From Sarea resinae (lineage: Eukaryota), in NCBI GenBank assembly GCA_026026165.1, contig JAPEUD010000008.1:496001-560000 (forward strand): a stretch of DNA of 64,000 nucleotides, written 5' to 3'. Below, piece after piece: positions 36,809 to 50,859 of this stretch (within the stretch, counting starts at the first letter, position 1; every line of letters begins with the position of its first letter). The position numbers were made by a program, and so were the translations under genes. Under the pieces are notes generated by a model, which worked only from the letters and a program-made list of their open reading frames with translations, ran no database searches and was not told the origin of the DNA.

Positions 36809-39800
36809 TTATCCGCTAGAAGCAAACAATCTCAGTCCGCTAGCTGGAGCACCCACTTCGCAAACCTCGCAGACCCTGCATACTGTTCCCTTGTATTTCG
36901 AATGGTATTTCGAGCCATCGTATGGGCACGCAACGCTTGGTGAGCCGCCATAGATAGGGGTGTATGAAGCAGCGCACACATCGAACTCGGCGAATTGGTC
37001 AAATTCAATGTCGATAGCATCATGGGGATTCCGTTCGCACGCAGCTTTGATCTTGCGAGCCTGATTGAAACGTAAGCATTAAAACGCTATCGACCTCGAC
37101 CAAGGTACTTACTTTGTCAAGGAGCTTTGGAGATCCGCCGTTAGCCAAGATTCTGCTGGCGAAGCTTAGAGCCGATGAAAAATTCCTGCTCGTATAGGCA
37201 AGGTTCATTGCTGATGCGAGGGCTAGCTGCCGGTGAGCAACCTCAAGTTTCGGAATGGTAAAGTATGCGGAAAGCTCAAGGGCTCGCTTCTTTTCGGCTT
37301 CCCCTAGCTGGGAGAAGTCTCCACCTAGCGAACGACGTTGTAATTCAATAGTCATAGCAATAGCGTACTCAGCCGCCGTCGTAATGACCTTTTTGGCCTG
37401 GGCACGTTAGTACTGAATAACGTGGTACGAAAATATGACTTACCTCAGCAACCTCCTCTTGGGTAGCAACAGCGTTGACAAGAAGCGTGCGTAGTATGTT
37501 CTTGAAGACGTTCACCCCATCCTCCAATCTGTTTGATTTCATGGCCGTATATCCGTCTTGTAGGTCCTTGCTGGCCGCCGTCTCGAGATCTCTAGGAATG
37601 ATGGGCAGGATGCTCCTAGAATCAGTCTCCTCCACATTTCGTCGCACATAATTCATGAGGGGAGGTAATCCGGCACTCGCAGGCAAGTACGTCTTCGATG
37701 CCTGGTAGACTTCCAAAAATCTGGGCTTGAGAGGCTCAAAATTGACGGCTCCGACTTGCCGATTGAGTAGTTGCATAGCAGATTCGAACGAACCCCCAGC
37801 GACGTGATCGGCGGCCAGCGGAGAGTTTCGAGACCAGAATTCTGCTTCACTACTCCCGGCCCCGGCTTCAGCACTATCAACATCGACAAAGTCGCTCTCA
37901 ACCTCCACATTAATATCGTCTCCCATGTCCCAGCCAGCCACGTCCTCCTCGTCCTCCTCAAGATGACCATTGTGCTGTAAAGCACCATCAAGTTCGCTAG
38001 TTTCTTCTACACCAAATCCATTGCTAGTAGGATCCGCTTCGAGCTCAAGGTCATCAAATTGGCCAAGCAATGCCTTCTCGAAGAACGAATGCGAGGCAGC
38101 TTTGACTGGCCAGGCTGATTTGAAGGTAGGAGCGATTGGTCTTGGCGGGACCGTGGGAGCACCAATAGATGGAAGAGAGATTTGATCTTCAGTCAAACCA
38201 CTGGCTTCGAGAATGGACTGGCATTCCTCGGTCATTCCATGGGCTTTCGCTGTCAAATAGGCTAAAGGATCTATACACTATTAGCAAGGAAAGTGCCTTG
38301 AGAAGGGGCAGACAAACAAAGGTCAATCTCTTTGAACATTTGGATTCGGTTCTCAACATCACCAAGATAGATAGCGTTTTGGAACCGGGAGGTGAAGTCA
38401 CCACGGTGCTCTGCAATCTTCGCCATGCGAGAGAGCTTCTCTTCATCTCCCGTCGAGAGATATAAGAAAGACAGCTTGTCGAAGTTCCGAAGCTTCTGGT
38501 AAGACATCTCGACAACTTGATGATTTCCGTGAGCAAGTGCTTCCGTTCCTAGACGAGCCCAAAGTTTCGGCCTATCAAGTTGCTTCGCCATCTCTACAGC
38601 GACATCAAGATTGCCGCATTCGATCGCAAGCTCGAACCGAGTCTGCGGATCTTGAACGAATTGCAGAGCAATCTCTGGATATCCCTTCTTTTGGAGGTAT
38701 GAGATGATGCTTTGCCCCACAAGACTTGAAGTCTTGATGATCTGAAGCATCTCTTCATAATTCCGCTTAATCAACGCAAGCTTGAAGCGATATTCAGTGG
38801 GATCAATATTGAGAATCTTCGGCTTTCCATTGCGATCTAGACAATATACGCTTCGGGCCTTTACCCTCACAAGGTATACGGTCTGATCGAGAGTGCGAAC
38901 AATGCCGTTATCACTACACGAGGTTATTTCATACACTCCTTAGGGCAGAATGGAAGACTTACCCATTGAGTAGGGTATACTTGATGTGATTCAAAGTAGA
39001 GTAAAGCAAGACTCCAGCATCATCCCACGTAGCACTCTTGATCCTGATCGTCTCATGAAGCGTGCTGACTTGTTCTAGAGACTTCGTAACAATCGTGACA
39101 TTGTGCTTGCTTAGCAGAGCCGCGTAAAGTCCATCGCTAGACCATACGACGTACTTCACACCACTGACAGCTAGCTCCGCGAGGTGCTTCTTCTGTTGAA
39201 TATCGTACAAAACAACGTTCGTTGGAGAAATGAGAAGAAGGCAGCCAGTCCCTCCAAAATATATATCACTCGTTCCATGCGGAGGCTTGATAGTCTTAGT
39301 GGTAGAGTTGCTAAGATCCTTGATATCAATTTGCTGGCTGGATTGATTGAAGACAGCAAAGCGATTGCGTGCAACGAAGACAGCCGAAGTTCCTTGGCCA
39401 CGCTTTGTATCGGTGGGTTCTACGGCGCCAGAGGCGTCTCGCGGAAGGTTGATGAGCTCGTATATCCCGTTATCCGCAGGCGAGGTGACCAAAATTGCGC
39501 GTTCCGCCGGGTTGTAGGAAAGGGTACGAGGCGGGACCCAGGCCGGGCCGAGCTTTTTCAGGGACAATATTGAAGGAGAGTCCAAGTTTTTCTGAAAGTC
39601 GTAGGATCGTACATGCTTCTCCTTGGTGATATAGAAGAGCTGGTTCATGTAAACCGAAGAAGCGGGGCGCTCGCGCTCAAGCTTGAAAACCATAACGCCG
39701 TTGTCATGTCCCGCCGCGAAGAGATTTATCTCAGGATGGGCTGCAATGACCCAGAAGCGGTCGTTCTCGCGCTTGAATGTTTGCACAGAAGTACGCTTGT

Positions 39801-40882
39801 TGAGGTCCCAGACACGTATGGTCTTGTCTTCACCGACTGAAAGTATAAGGTCCTGGTGTGGGTGGAAAAGGCATGCGGAAGCATTCTGGAAATGACCTCG
39901 GCAAGTGTCGACCTCCCACGCCTTGGTTTCTGGCAACAATCAGCTAGGTACCCTCCAAGATAGATGGCATTACTTACCACTCATTCTCCAAAGCTTGACG
40001 AGTCTATCATCGCCAGCTGACACAATCAATGGCAGGGTTGGATGAAAGGCCACCCAATTGACGCCCCTGTCATGCCCTTCGAGAACAAACTTCACAACAG
40101 CATCCGTGTTGCCAAACATATCGGCTTGGTTGGTGTTGGCACGCGCCATCTGGTCCTCAAATGTCATGGAAGTCGGTGCCGAGTGCTTCTTCCGCAAGCC
40201 AGATATGTCCCACACACGGACCGACTGATCGAGCGAGGCAGAAACGATGAGATCCTCTTTAGGATGGAATTGAGCACACATTGTGTAATGATTGTGTCCA
40301 GTCATAGTGCAAACTAGAGCGCTGATTAGCCTGCAAGTCTTGAGACCATTCTCGTCTCTATGAGTCTGCAAGACTCACTTAATGACCGATTTTGCCAGTT
40401 CCAGATTCGTATAGTCTGGTCATCAGAGCTGGACACGATCCAAGGCAGCTCATGATGGAAGAATACAGTTCGAACGTAGTCCAAGTGTCCGTTCAGCGTG
40501 AAAAGACATCTCCGAGTCTGATATGACCATACTTTGATCTTGTAGTCGTCTCCTCCTGACACGAATAGAGGCTGTGTCTTGTGAAAGTCGATGCCTCGAA
40601 CCGGGCCGTCATGTTCTTCGAACCTATCGATCAATGTGCCCATCCGGTAATCCCATAGCTGGATCGTTGAAGAATGCAACGACACGAGGATCCATGGTCT
40701 AACGACGTTTAGTAAACATATGCGCGGAAGGTTCTTAATTCATAGCAGTAGCTGACCTTTTGGGGTGAAAGGCAATGCCTTTGGCTCTTGAGGATTTAGA
40801 CTCGAACTATTGTCCATTTTTAGCAAGAAAGCTACAGGATCGCAAACATGGTGGAGGCAACCTTAGTCAACATCGTCTGCAT
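36809..40882 (-). CDS. COP1: Coatomer (COPI) subunit alpha; multi-exon
   Basis: [46 protein letters not shown]40 repeats, [16 protein letters not shown]-terminal [18 protein letters not shown]. Confidence 0.97.
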
Positions 40883-42592
40883 CTTGGCTCAGGGGGACTG
40901 TGGTCTTGAAGCCGCAGCTTCTGGCATGTAGATGCGCGCGCCCACAAAGTAATAGCTCGCTCCCTGGTAACGTTGAGCGATTGGGGAGGATCAAACAGAG
41001 AGATGGGATGGCCTGAGGATGTAAGCGGGAGGGCAGTTGTTAGTGGTTTCCCGCCGTTAGATGTCCAGCCGTGGACGAGATTGAATGAGTGAGGTGATGA
41101 TATATTGTGTGTCCTGAGAGCCTCCGTCAATGTGTTCAGAACGGGCACACACAGCAAATGACAGGGGACGAGGTGACAGAGTGACAAGTGACTTTGCCTG
41201 CCTCTGCCTGATTTAGCGAATTGGCAACCACGCAGCGGATAGGATGAGGGCGGACGTAATGGGCAGCTTCACGTGACGAAAAGGTATCGCTTGACACTCT
41301 CGTCTACCGTTTGACAACTACGGCAGCACTTGCACCTTCATGGTGAAGGAACTGCCTTTTGGGGGGAACGATCACCCAACAACGGTCAGGCCCGAGTCCC
41401 GGGTCCACTCGGGGTTCAGTTGCTTGAATAGAGGGACCGTGGACGGGCGGTTCGAGCTCAAAGGGTCCGGCTTGCACCTACCACGGCGCAGTCCTTGCAC
41501 CCGACTGGGCTGTGTACTCTATCAGGAAGTAGTGTACCTTCGATGTTGTCCCGTCTTGACCCAAGACGACGCGACAGATACAAAATCAGGATGTACTTCA
41601 TACCCTGGCAGCATTAATCCACAATCTATCCACCTATGCATGTCAACAATGCCCCTCGGATCCCTCACCTTTTGCCCCACCACACCACAACTACTACTAC
41701 TGCTGTGCAGTACAGTGACTACGAGTACTAACAATCACATTCGATACTACCTCTCTCAAGCCTCTGGACTCCCCGCTACCCCCACCAATGATGAGCAGCA
41801 GTCATTTCCTTGCAGCATCGCGATGCTGAACAATTTCCACCCTGTCTTCTGGGCTATCAAGGGCGCAGCAAAGTCTCCAAATGGCAGCGGGAAGGATTCC
41901 GCTCACCCGCAAGATACTGCATTCTCAAGGGCTATCAATTTCAATAATAAAACCTTCCTCCTGTGCTCTGCTCTCAATCGAACCATCCCTGTCCATGGCT
42001 GTTTGAAGTTCTTGTAAAAGCATTGATGCCTGATACGTTCACGATTTACAGTCATTGGGGGATTGTGCGATCCAATTGAATGGCCCAGCCTAGAAGACCG
42101 GACAACTCAGCAAACCCCTCCAGCATCCAATTTTGGGAGGACTAAGTATTTCTTGCAGTACCATCACGCAGGGACCTTGATCAACTTCGGGTCGTCTGGG
42201 CAGAAAAAAAAGTCATTATCGATTGCTGATAGCCGCTATCCGGTCAATTTGATCGACACTGCACGGCAAGCCTTTATGAGCCTCACAACGTTGAATCGAA
42301 TGCTGATTCTATCCAGATCAGCCATACCACATTCAAGGACCCAGCACATCTATCCCGTCGTCGCTCGGTCAATACAATGCTTTTTTCTGCGATTGCGATA
42401 TTTTCTTCCGACTCACTCTACTGGGTGACGGTCCCTTGACCGTTCGAGAGTACGGTATTAGGCTTTTCACGTTGCTGCGTCAGTGCGCTAAATGTGGCTG
42501 ATGAACGAAGTCCGCGATTTCAAACACCAATTACCAACCCGAATAAGTTACCAGATTCAGACAATCTGTGATTCCTGTCCTTTGGAGGTGAA

Positions 42593-43459
42593 ATGCAGCC
42601 TTCCCCCCCTCCAGAGGCTCCGCCTTCGCCCACGAGTCATTCACGAATATCCGAGAATCCTCACTCGCTATATAAGCGTCATAAAATTCGCTCGAATCAG
42701 TGGCAACCCCCCGAGTCTCTCCAACCCATCGGCCAGGGCCCTCAATTCCAATACTTTCGACGTACGCCAGGGCGATCGTCTGAAGCATCCTCCGAAGTCT
42801 CAATGCGCAGTCCGGAGATGTCAGTAAATGAAGGAGCTGAAAGGGAAGGCACGGTGGAAGAGCCAGCCATTCGTGAGAGAATAGTTCAAGAAGGAGACTT
42901 CACAGTTGAAGAGGTGCTTGACGACGGCCCGGGCTATGAAGCTGATTTGGAGGTGATGCGGCCCGATAATTATGAAGAAGCCGATTCGTCGAACGGAGAA
43001 GGATCTGATAAAGGCGGCCAAGCACATGATCCTGGCACTGGCATCGTGAATGATCTCAGAAAATTACATTGTGATGGAGACTTGGTTGAGGGCCAAGATC
43101 AGCAAGGACGTAGATACAAGGAGAAGAAAAAGAGATGGAGCGCCGGCATTTTCAAACGCTCACATAGTCAAAGCATCGGCAGCGATTCTGACCTTGAAGA
43201 TGAAGAAGCGCTCGATGCACATGACATCGGATGCAGTGCAAGGAGGCTCAGAAGACGGGTCAAGGGACCGACAGAACGGTCGTCGATGATATTTGACGAC
43301 ATTCCCCCACTGGATATCGCGGAGGTTGAGGAACCGGACGATAGCAGTAATGAGAGACCAAATACGGGCAGCTCGGACATGGGATCATACATAACTGAAA
43401 CTTTACCGGCCTGGTTGGCTGAGGATCACATGGAAGTGGATTCGGATGCAGGTCACTGA
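42593..43459 (+). CDS. Acidic, largely disordered protein of unknown function; single exon
   Basis: 288-codon ATG ORF with protein-like composition and basic patches (RYKEKKKRWSAGIFKRSHSQSIGSDSD; ARRLRRRVKGP). Confidence 0.75.
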   Translation: MQPSPPPEAPPSPTSHSRISENPHSLYKRHKIRSNQWQPPESLQPIGQGPQFQYFRRTPGRSSEASSEVSMRSPEMSVNEGAEREGTVEEPAIRERIVQEGDFTVEEVLDDGPGYEADLEVMRPDNYEEADSSNGEGSDKGGQAHDPGTGIVNDLRKLHCDGDLVEGQDQQGRRYKEKKKRWSAGIFKRSHSQSIGSDSDLEDEEALDAHDIGCSARRLRRRVKGPTERSSMIFDDIPPLDIAEVEEPDDSSNERPNTGSSDMGSYITETLPAWLAEDHMEVDSDAGH

Positions 43460-44356
43460 CATCCCTCGATTGTTTGCGGTCGTCCACAAGATCTTGGGCT
43501 ATTGGCTCGTCGACGAGCATCGAGCAGCGAGCAACGATGATTATATTGCTTCAAATGGGGACTTCTAGAGTATCGGAGCGAAGCACAACTCGGACTTTCT
43601 TGCTCTAAACGAAGGACATAATGATCTTCTTCGTTGTTAGGAGATTACACGATATGGTGGTATGTGGATCAAACTTTATGCATTTCTCAGTCCTTATAAA
43701 GTGCGGAGCATTCTGGTGTCAAAATTGCTTTGAAGCGAAAGATTTTCAAATTCAGGCGGGTCAAGTCTTAAAGATTTGAGCCGCCTAGATCGGTAGGAAT
43801 ATCCTGGAGCAACTGTAAGGTACGCTCCTTAACGATGATGTCGAAGTCCTGATCCGTACTTACACACCTGATGAAGGATTTGCAAGGCATTCGCAGAAAG
43901 GAAGGTATCCTTGGACAAACCTCCGCATGTACCTGCGTACCTCTTGCTCCGCAATGATCAGCCAATGACGTAACGATCCGTCGTACCTTCCATTCCCTTA
44001 CTTCCATCGCGTCGTCCCCGCCATTACCAAACATGTAGCGCGTCGGATGACATTGAAAGCTTTCCATTTTCCTGTTTGATAACCGCAGACTATGCTCAGC
44101 TTTTGGGGCCTTCAAAGTCACCCCATCACGAAATCATCATCAAGCTATCATCAATTGCAAGAGAGGACATCCTCAAACGGTGTGTTCTGCCGGTTTACAT
44201 TCAAGTACTTCCTTGTAAGGATCTTTTCTAATTGAGATTACGTATAGTGCTGATATCTCCAAGACTCCATAGTAGGGCAATACTTTTGGTTTATACCTCA
44301 GCCACCTACCCTTTTTATTGCCGAAATCTGAGCGAAAAGCCCGGCCCCCCATCTCA

Positions 44357-45801
44357 ATGGCAGGTACTAGATCCTCAACTCGGAGAGCAGCGGCAAACGG
44401 CTCAGATCTGAGCGCTCCAGCGAAGAGTGCCGACGAGCAGACCGCGGCGGCTGGCATAAAACGCAAGCCTGATTCCAATTCAGCTTCCGAGTCAAAGCGC
44501 GGTCGAAAAAATGGGGTAAAGGAACAGAAGACTCTCGAGGAGACCATGCCCGACCCAGAGGAGCAGACTGCTCAGAAATCCGGCGAGTCAAAGGGGACGA
44601 AGGAGAGTCCCGCCCCTACGCACAAGGAGGATACCAAACACAGTCAAAATGGTGAGTTTTGTAGTGTATTACTACGAAGATCTACTTCCTGACCTAGGGC
44701 AATATGGCCAGCTACCGCGGAGAACAAGAACGAATCTCATGCATCTGACAATGATGGCGACGTTTCAAAAAATGGGCAGTCAGCAAGAGTAGAGCATGAA
44801 GCAAATGGAGGGGCAGTAGAAGAATCGACGAAGCGTGAAGAGTCGATGCCCTCTAACATCCTCGAAAAGGGGATCATCTACTTCTTCATGCGTGGCCGTG
44901 TGGGTATCGATGAGCCAACGGGCGTGCAAGATGTCGCCCGCAGTTATTTCGTTTTACGACCTCTCCCCAAAGGCGGGAACCTCACAGATGGAGCCATACA
45001 AGACTTGGGGAATAATCGCTTGGTCGCTCTGCCCAAGAAGGTACTGCCAAAAAGTCACAGAGACCGATTCCTTGCTTTCGTAGAGAAGGCCAAGACTAGT
45101 ATCAAGGACCTCAAGGAGAATTTTCTGGCAGGGTCAGACTACGACACAAAAACTGCCGGTACTCGCCATACTCCGCCAGTCACACCCGTTGCCGAAGGCG
45201 TATACGCCCTCACAACGACCGGTCAAGCATCTGGTACTGCAACGCACCTTGCATACGTCCTAACGATTCCTTCAAGCCTTAGCGAAGTACAGGAGGATCT
45301 TGGTCTTCGCGAACGCGGCAGCTTCGTCTTAAGTGTGAAGAATCCCAAATATCCGTCTCCTCCCAATGCAGCTCTTCCTCAAGGGCCTGAATATTCGCAG
45401 GAGTATGTGTCAGACTGGCTTTCAAATGGTCGGTTGGGCTAACACTAGTATCAGGATCCTTGACGAATTTCGCAGTCTGCGTTGGGCTCCCTTGCAGCCA
45501 CGCATGATTGATTATCCAAATAGCCAAATGCTTATGATCGGAGAAGCTGGTGGAGACATCGGCAAAGCTGGAGAGCCCGATCCGAAAGACGATCATAAGG
45601 AAAAGGATACTCCAGCCGAAGAGATTGAAAAGCTGGAAGAGGAGGATAACATACGTGTCGAGCATCTCAAAGGTAGCGTAAACCCTTTGTGCATGATTGA
45701 AGCTTGCCATGCTAACAAGCTGGCTTGTAGGTGACGATACAGTCTTTGAAGATCTTGATATAAGCAAGAAGGACTATTCTACTGTGCAGACGACTTGGTG
45801 A
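44357..45801 (+). CDS. Protein of unknown function: charged disordered N-terminus plus globular domain starting ILEKGIIYFFMRGRV; 4 exons
   Basis: Three GT-AG introns join four segments in frame, ending YSTVQTTW* at 45801. Confidence 0.85.
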
Positions 45802-46504
45802 TCGGCATGCTCATGAGTGCCCCATACAGCAGTAGCTAGTGGCTAGGTTGTACTCTGTAGCTCGCCGTGGCACACTTACTCAATGAAGAACAGGCATGGG
45901 AGAAGGGATTTCATAGTTTCATTTCGCTCCGTTCGAGCATGCATGGCGTCCTCTCAATCTGATAGCTAGGGGCGCTGCTCATGCTGCATCAATAGGGCCT
46001 TACTTCTAAAAGTGGACATCTGTAGAACGCGGTCATTTTTCTGCATCTGATGAGAACTTCTTATTTCTATGTCGTATTTCATACTGACCTAACGCGGCGG
46101 TCTTGTTTGTAGAGAGGGATATGAGCCTTGTAAGGTGGTATTGGTAGCAAGTGCCTGGTCACGTGTGTGGTATCGATGTCTCATCCTTGCTACTCCATCT
46201 CCAGTCTCCCATCAACGTTCTCGATCTCTTACCCGGCGACATCACCCATCTCAATTCCATCTGCATCACAGTAATCCTCCATCGAGTTACCCGGACGTCT
46301 TCAATACTACCTTACCGGAAACCCATCAGCGCGTTTGTAACTTGGTACGTGATCGCCTGTCGCCGCGCGCTTCGCGACAGTCCGTTCGTGCTAGCACACC
46401 TTGCCCAAAAGGATACTTCGCGATTTATTTTGGATATTATTCGCTCCATCAGATAGATCCATATGCCGACCACCAAAAACCGCTCCCAGCTGCAACAGCG
46501 GAAA

Positions 46505-49163
46505 ATGGGGCAAACTTCCTCACAGCCGGCAGCAGACCCTATGGAGAATTCAATTGGTATGCCGTCCTTGTATATTCTCCGCCTTCTTTCGTCCTCTCTG
46601 TTAACGATAGTACAGATCAGGACCTCGAAAAGGTAACACCTCTAATGAAGATATCTCATTCACATTGGCGTTAGAGCAGGAGTACAACTGACAACGAACT
46701 TAGGCTCCTCCATCCAGTAACTCCCTAGGTACTGGCGAGATAATCAGACATGATGGGGAACGCCGGAAACATAAGAAGAAGAAGAAGAGAAACAGAAAGT
46801 CCGATATGTCAAGTCCACATAGCAAAGAGGAAGAAAGCGCACGAACACTGTTGGAGATGAAAGGAGCCCAAGCCCTGGCTCATACAGTGAACAATAAAGA
46901 TGATCGCGTGGCCTCTTCTCAGGTCCTGGCTGAAAGCAGTATTCAGTCGCAGCCTGAACTTCAAGGTGGCTCCGACGATGTGCTTCAGGAAAAGGAGGGA
47001 TCCCACAAGCGCTCCAAAAGCAGTAAGAAGAAGCGCTTGCACAATGACCGGCTGGAGGAGGAAGCCAAAACCGCATCAGCCCCCAACGCCTCAACTCAAA
47101 TGCCAGAGCATCTTATCGATTCCCTTCTAGAAGCTCCCAATCCGTATCCGAAAATCGAGCGACCTCCTCAGTACCCTTCCGGCGCTCTCGCTATTGCTGA
47201 TACTTCTGATTATCCTCCACTTGATTCCTCGTCCAACGGACATACGACTGTCGCGCCAACGAGCCATGACTACGAGAGTCAAACTGTATACGACTTGCCC
47301 GATGAGCAAGCGTCCGCCTCTTACGGTAACGGACCTGAGGAATCTTCATACAGTTACCAGCAGACGGAGCGACAATATGGATCATCTTCGTCTCCAAATA
47401 CCGGAAAACGTAAGCGGAAGAGGGGTTTGGGCCGGCAATCTCAGAGTGCTGTGGATTTAGCAAATGCGGCATCTGCCGCCAATGCATTGATAGATCCTGC
47501 TTTGACTGCGCAATCAGAGCCTGCAGTCACATCTAGCGGTATTCCAGCGGATGGCACCCATGATACTGGGCCTAGTCAAGATGTACCAGAGCAGAGCAAT
47601 CATTCAGCACATCCTTCTAGATCAAAGCGCAAGCGTCGTCTACCTGACCCCGATAACTTGGACCAAAATCAAAAACGCGTCCGGAAGTCTGGCGGACCAA
47701 GCACACCCGCCTCGCGCATAATGAGTACTCCCTCTAGTCAGACGAGATCAGCAAATGGGGGTCCTTTCACCGATTTGGAAATAGAGCTCCTGACTAGATT
47801 TCTTGAAGGATACCGAGATGAGCACGGAATAAGCCAGTTTGATCTGAACGAGAAGATCCAAGAGACTGGCCGTAGCACTGGCTCGAAGGATGAATTCTGG
47901 AATGAGGTGGCGGCGGTCCTTCCCTATCGTACACGACAGTCAATCTATAAGGTCTGTCGGCGTCGATTCCATAACTTCGGCAAGCGCGGCAAATGGACCG
48001 CCGAGGAAGACGAAATGCTCAGAGTGGCTCAAGAGCAAAAGCCGAACAAATGGAAGGCTATTGGGGAAATGATCGGACGTATGCCGGAAGATTGTCGTGA
48101 CAGGTGGCGCAATTATCTCAAATGTGGCGAGAACATGAATAAAGACGTCTGGACTCAGCATGAGGAAGACATGCTGAAGGACGCGGTAAATGACTGTCAC
48201 AAGAGAATGCGAGAAAGCAAAGCGAATGAAGGAAACAAAGATGTGGATGAAGAAGAGAATATGATAAATTGGGCCGTCGTTAGCGAAAAGATGGGTGGTA
48301 TGAGAAGTCGGCTGCAATGTCTCTACAAGTGGAAGAAGCTCTTGAAGCGAGCGAGAGAGGAGGAACACGAGCAAGAGCGAGCTCAATTGATAGCAGAGGG
48401 TAAATTGGACTCATCAGAGATACCTCAGCGGAAGCACACTTGGAGAACCAAGCGTGCAGAGCAGAGATATGCCAAGATGCTTCCAGGCGACAAGTATGAG
48501 CTACTGCAAGCGTGAGTGCCCTTTAATTATTATGGCCACCTTACCGAGGACTGCATGGCCATAGCCCTCGGACATGATTGATCAAATGAGCTTACTTTTC
48601 CCGTTCTGTGCAGCCTGGCCAATTCTGGCACCTACGAGGAGAAAAACATTCCCTGGAAAATCATCGGCACACCTGAATACCGCAACATCTGGAGCACGAC
48701 GGACCGGAAGACAGCGTTCCGTCACCTCAAAGAAAGGGTGCCCGATAATGAGTCGAACACCCTCCAGGAGACCGTCGCCGCAGCTCTGAGTCATCTCGTC
48801 GCCGAATATCCAAACAGCCTTGACGATCACTACAATCCCGCCGAGGATAAGCAGCTTGTTGCTAAAGCTAGCCGCCGCAACAAGCGCGAAAAGCATCTTT
48901 CGGCGGAAGCTATCGTGGATGAAGATGATGAGGATGACGAGGAACCAGACAACGAGAACGAGAACGAGAACGACACCTTTCGTGACTACGAGCAGGCGGC
49001 GGAGTACACTCCCAGTGAGTCGAACATGGTTGGCCCGGAGCTCGATCAGACAAGCTACGCCCAGCAACATAATCAGGGGCCTGAAAATGGGGGCTACGTA
49101 GGTCCAGCGCTTGATGTGGATGAGGAGATGGCTGAGCGGGTTGGGCTGCTCAGGGAGGCGTGA
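46505..49163 (+). CDS. Myb/SANT-repeat DNA-binding protein, Reb1/Nsi1/TTF1-like; 4 exons (46505-46556, 46616-46632, 46704-48511, 48614-49163)
   Basis: Myb repeats RGKWTAEEDEML...WKAIGEMIGRMPEDCRDRWRNY and INWAVVSEKMGGMRSRLQCLYKWKKL. The two 5' exons are inferred from canonical splice signals that restore the frame. Confidence 0.85.
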
Positions 49164-50235
49164 GAAGGAGCTTGATCTTAAACTCTTCGAGCTCTTTTCC
49201 TCTCTTCTCCTTGCTATTTTGTTTGGGGTGTTCTTCGGGCATCGGGGTCTTTCTCCGACGGTGGTATACTCAGCAAAGCAATCGACCCGAGTTTACTGTG
49301 CACACTTCCGTCCCCGGCCTGATCTACGTGTGAGATGGTCTTTCTGCATCTAAAAATCCCTTCCGGCTATTAATAAGGCGTTGCTATCCACAAGGTGGGG
49401 GAAGGGAGGATTAAAAGACGAAGCTTGTTCTTATCTGCTTTACCTCTTCTCGCGTAGAATCACAACCTGCCTGGCGAAGAATATTCTCGGTTGCTCCTTT
49501 GCGGTGAACTAGATCTATTAGATTGTTGATGATTGCTACCACATACCTACCTACCTACATAAGGTACCTACCTGCTGTACTATGTAGGCAGTCATTGACA
49601 ACGCCAATCGAGCGCTAATCACGGTGATCAAAGGGTGCCTACCTACCTTACACACCTTACCTTACGGACCCTCAGGACCCTTGGACCCCCAGACGAGCAC
49701 CTATCTACCTCCTTGCGTCACCTCATCTTACTGCGATGTTCTCTGCGGTATTGTGGATAGATGCTCGGGAACCGCGCCAACTATCATATCCACCTCAGGG
49801 ACCAGTGCCAATGTTACTGTACCTACCGTACCTTAACGGGGCGCTGTATGCAATCCATGCATGATACGAGGATCATGCACCCCGCTTGCAAGCGATCCAT
49901 CTACTATGTACTTGCGGAACCGTCTGAACCAGAAAAGGAAAGCATGTGCGCAACGTGCATCCATCCCCGCCAACATCGACTCAGTCGCCCAATCAAATCG
50001 GTGTCCAACTGCCCGACAAGGCCGCAAAGCGGCGGTGCATGAGCAGGCAGAAGCTCAATCCTCGAGGCTGAGATCGCGACTACTGCGCAGTAGGGGTCTT
50101 GGGCTTGCAATGATGAGCCTCCAAAATGGCCCTCTTACTAGATATATATAGTGACCCCAACATGCATCGAATGTCTTCTGATCATATTCCCTTCGTTTGC
50201 AATCGGTGCCATTACGCGTGCATGCAATTTTTGCG

Positions 50236-50813
50236 ATGACGGCAGACGTGGGATCTCCAGGCCATGCGACAGCCGCTTTCACGGCAACAAAACCTACCAG
50301 TAGGCAGGACGAAGGAAGACGACGGCACAGTGAAAGTAAGCAAGAGCTCAATCAGTCATCGTTCCGTATCTGAAAACAATGGATCTAATGTCGAAATCTG
50401 CAGCTTCACCCTCACGGCTGAAGCCTTCGGAATCTTCTCACCGTCCAGAAGCTGTGCATCGAGCCGCCACAGATGTGCCTCCGCGCCAGCGTACGTTATC
50501 TTACAGCCTTCTGTTTGATTGCACCCACGGAGCTAACCCAACTGAAATAGCATGGCACCGTCGTGTAGCGAGTCCAGACATCCCATGGCATCGCGAATAT
50601 ACGGGTACAACTGTAAAACGTGGAAGGCTATTGGTGATCGACTACATCAGCCCAAGTACGAGGAGTCTTTGGAATGGGTAATGTTCAAGAGCATGACTGT
50701 AGGCTCACACTGTAATGTAGGTCAATCAAGCGAGGGCAAGCAAAAAGTCGTTACTGAAGAGATCGATTGCGAAGCTGGACTTGAAAAGCTCTATAACAGC
50801 GTAGGCACAGTCG

Positions 50814-50859
<46 letters not shown>

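Noticed and set aside
41094..41212. Box C/D-like motifs with a partial match to 18S rRNA
   Set aside because: Complementarity is only about 8 nt and there is no terminal stem. Other TGATGA...CTGA pairs (626, 8328, 50110, 55449) also lacked guides I could recognise.
41340..42017. 225-aa ATG ORF divergent from COP1
   Set aside because: Cys/Ser/Thr-rich composition with no recognisable motif; more likely promoter or leader sequence, though not excluded without expression data.
43768..44121. 117-aa minus-strand ORF with some splice-like signals
   Set aside because: No coherent exon chain or recognisable protein could be assembled.
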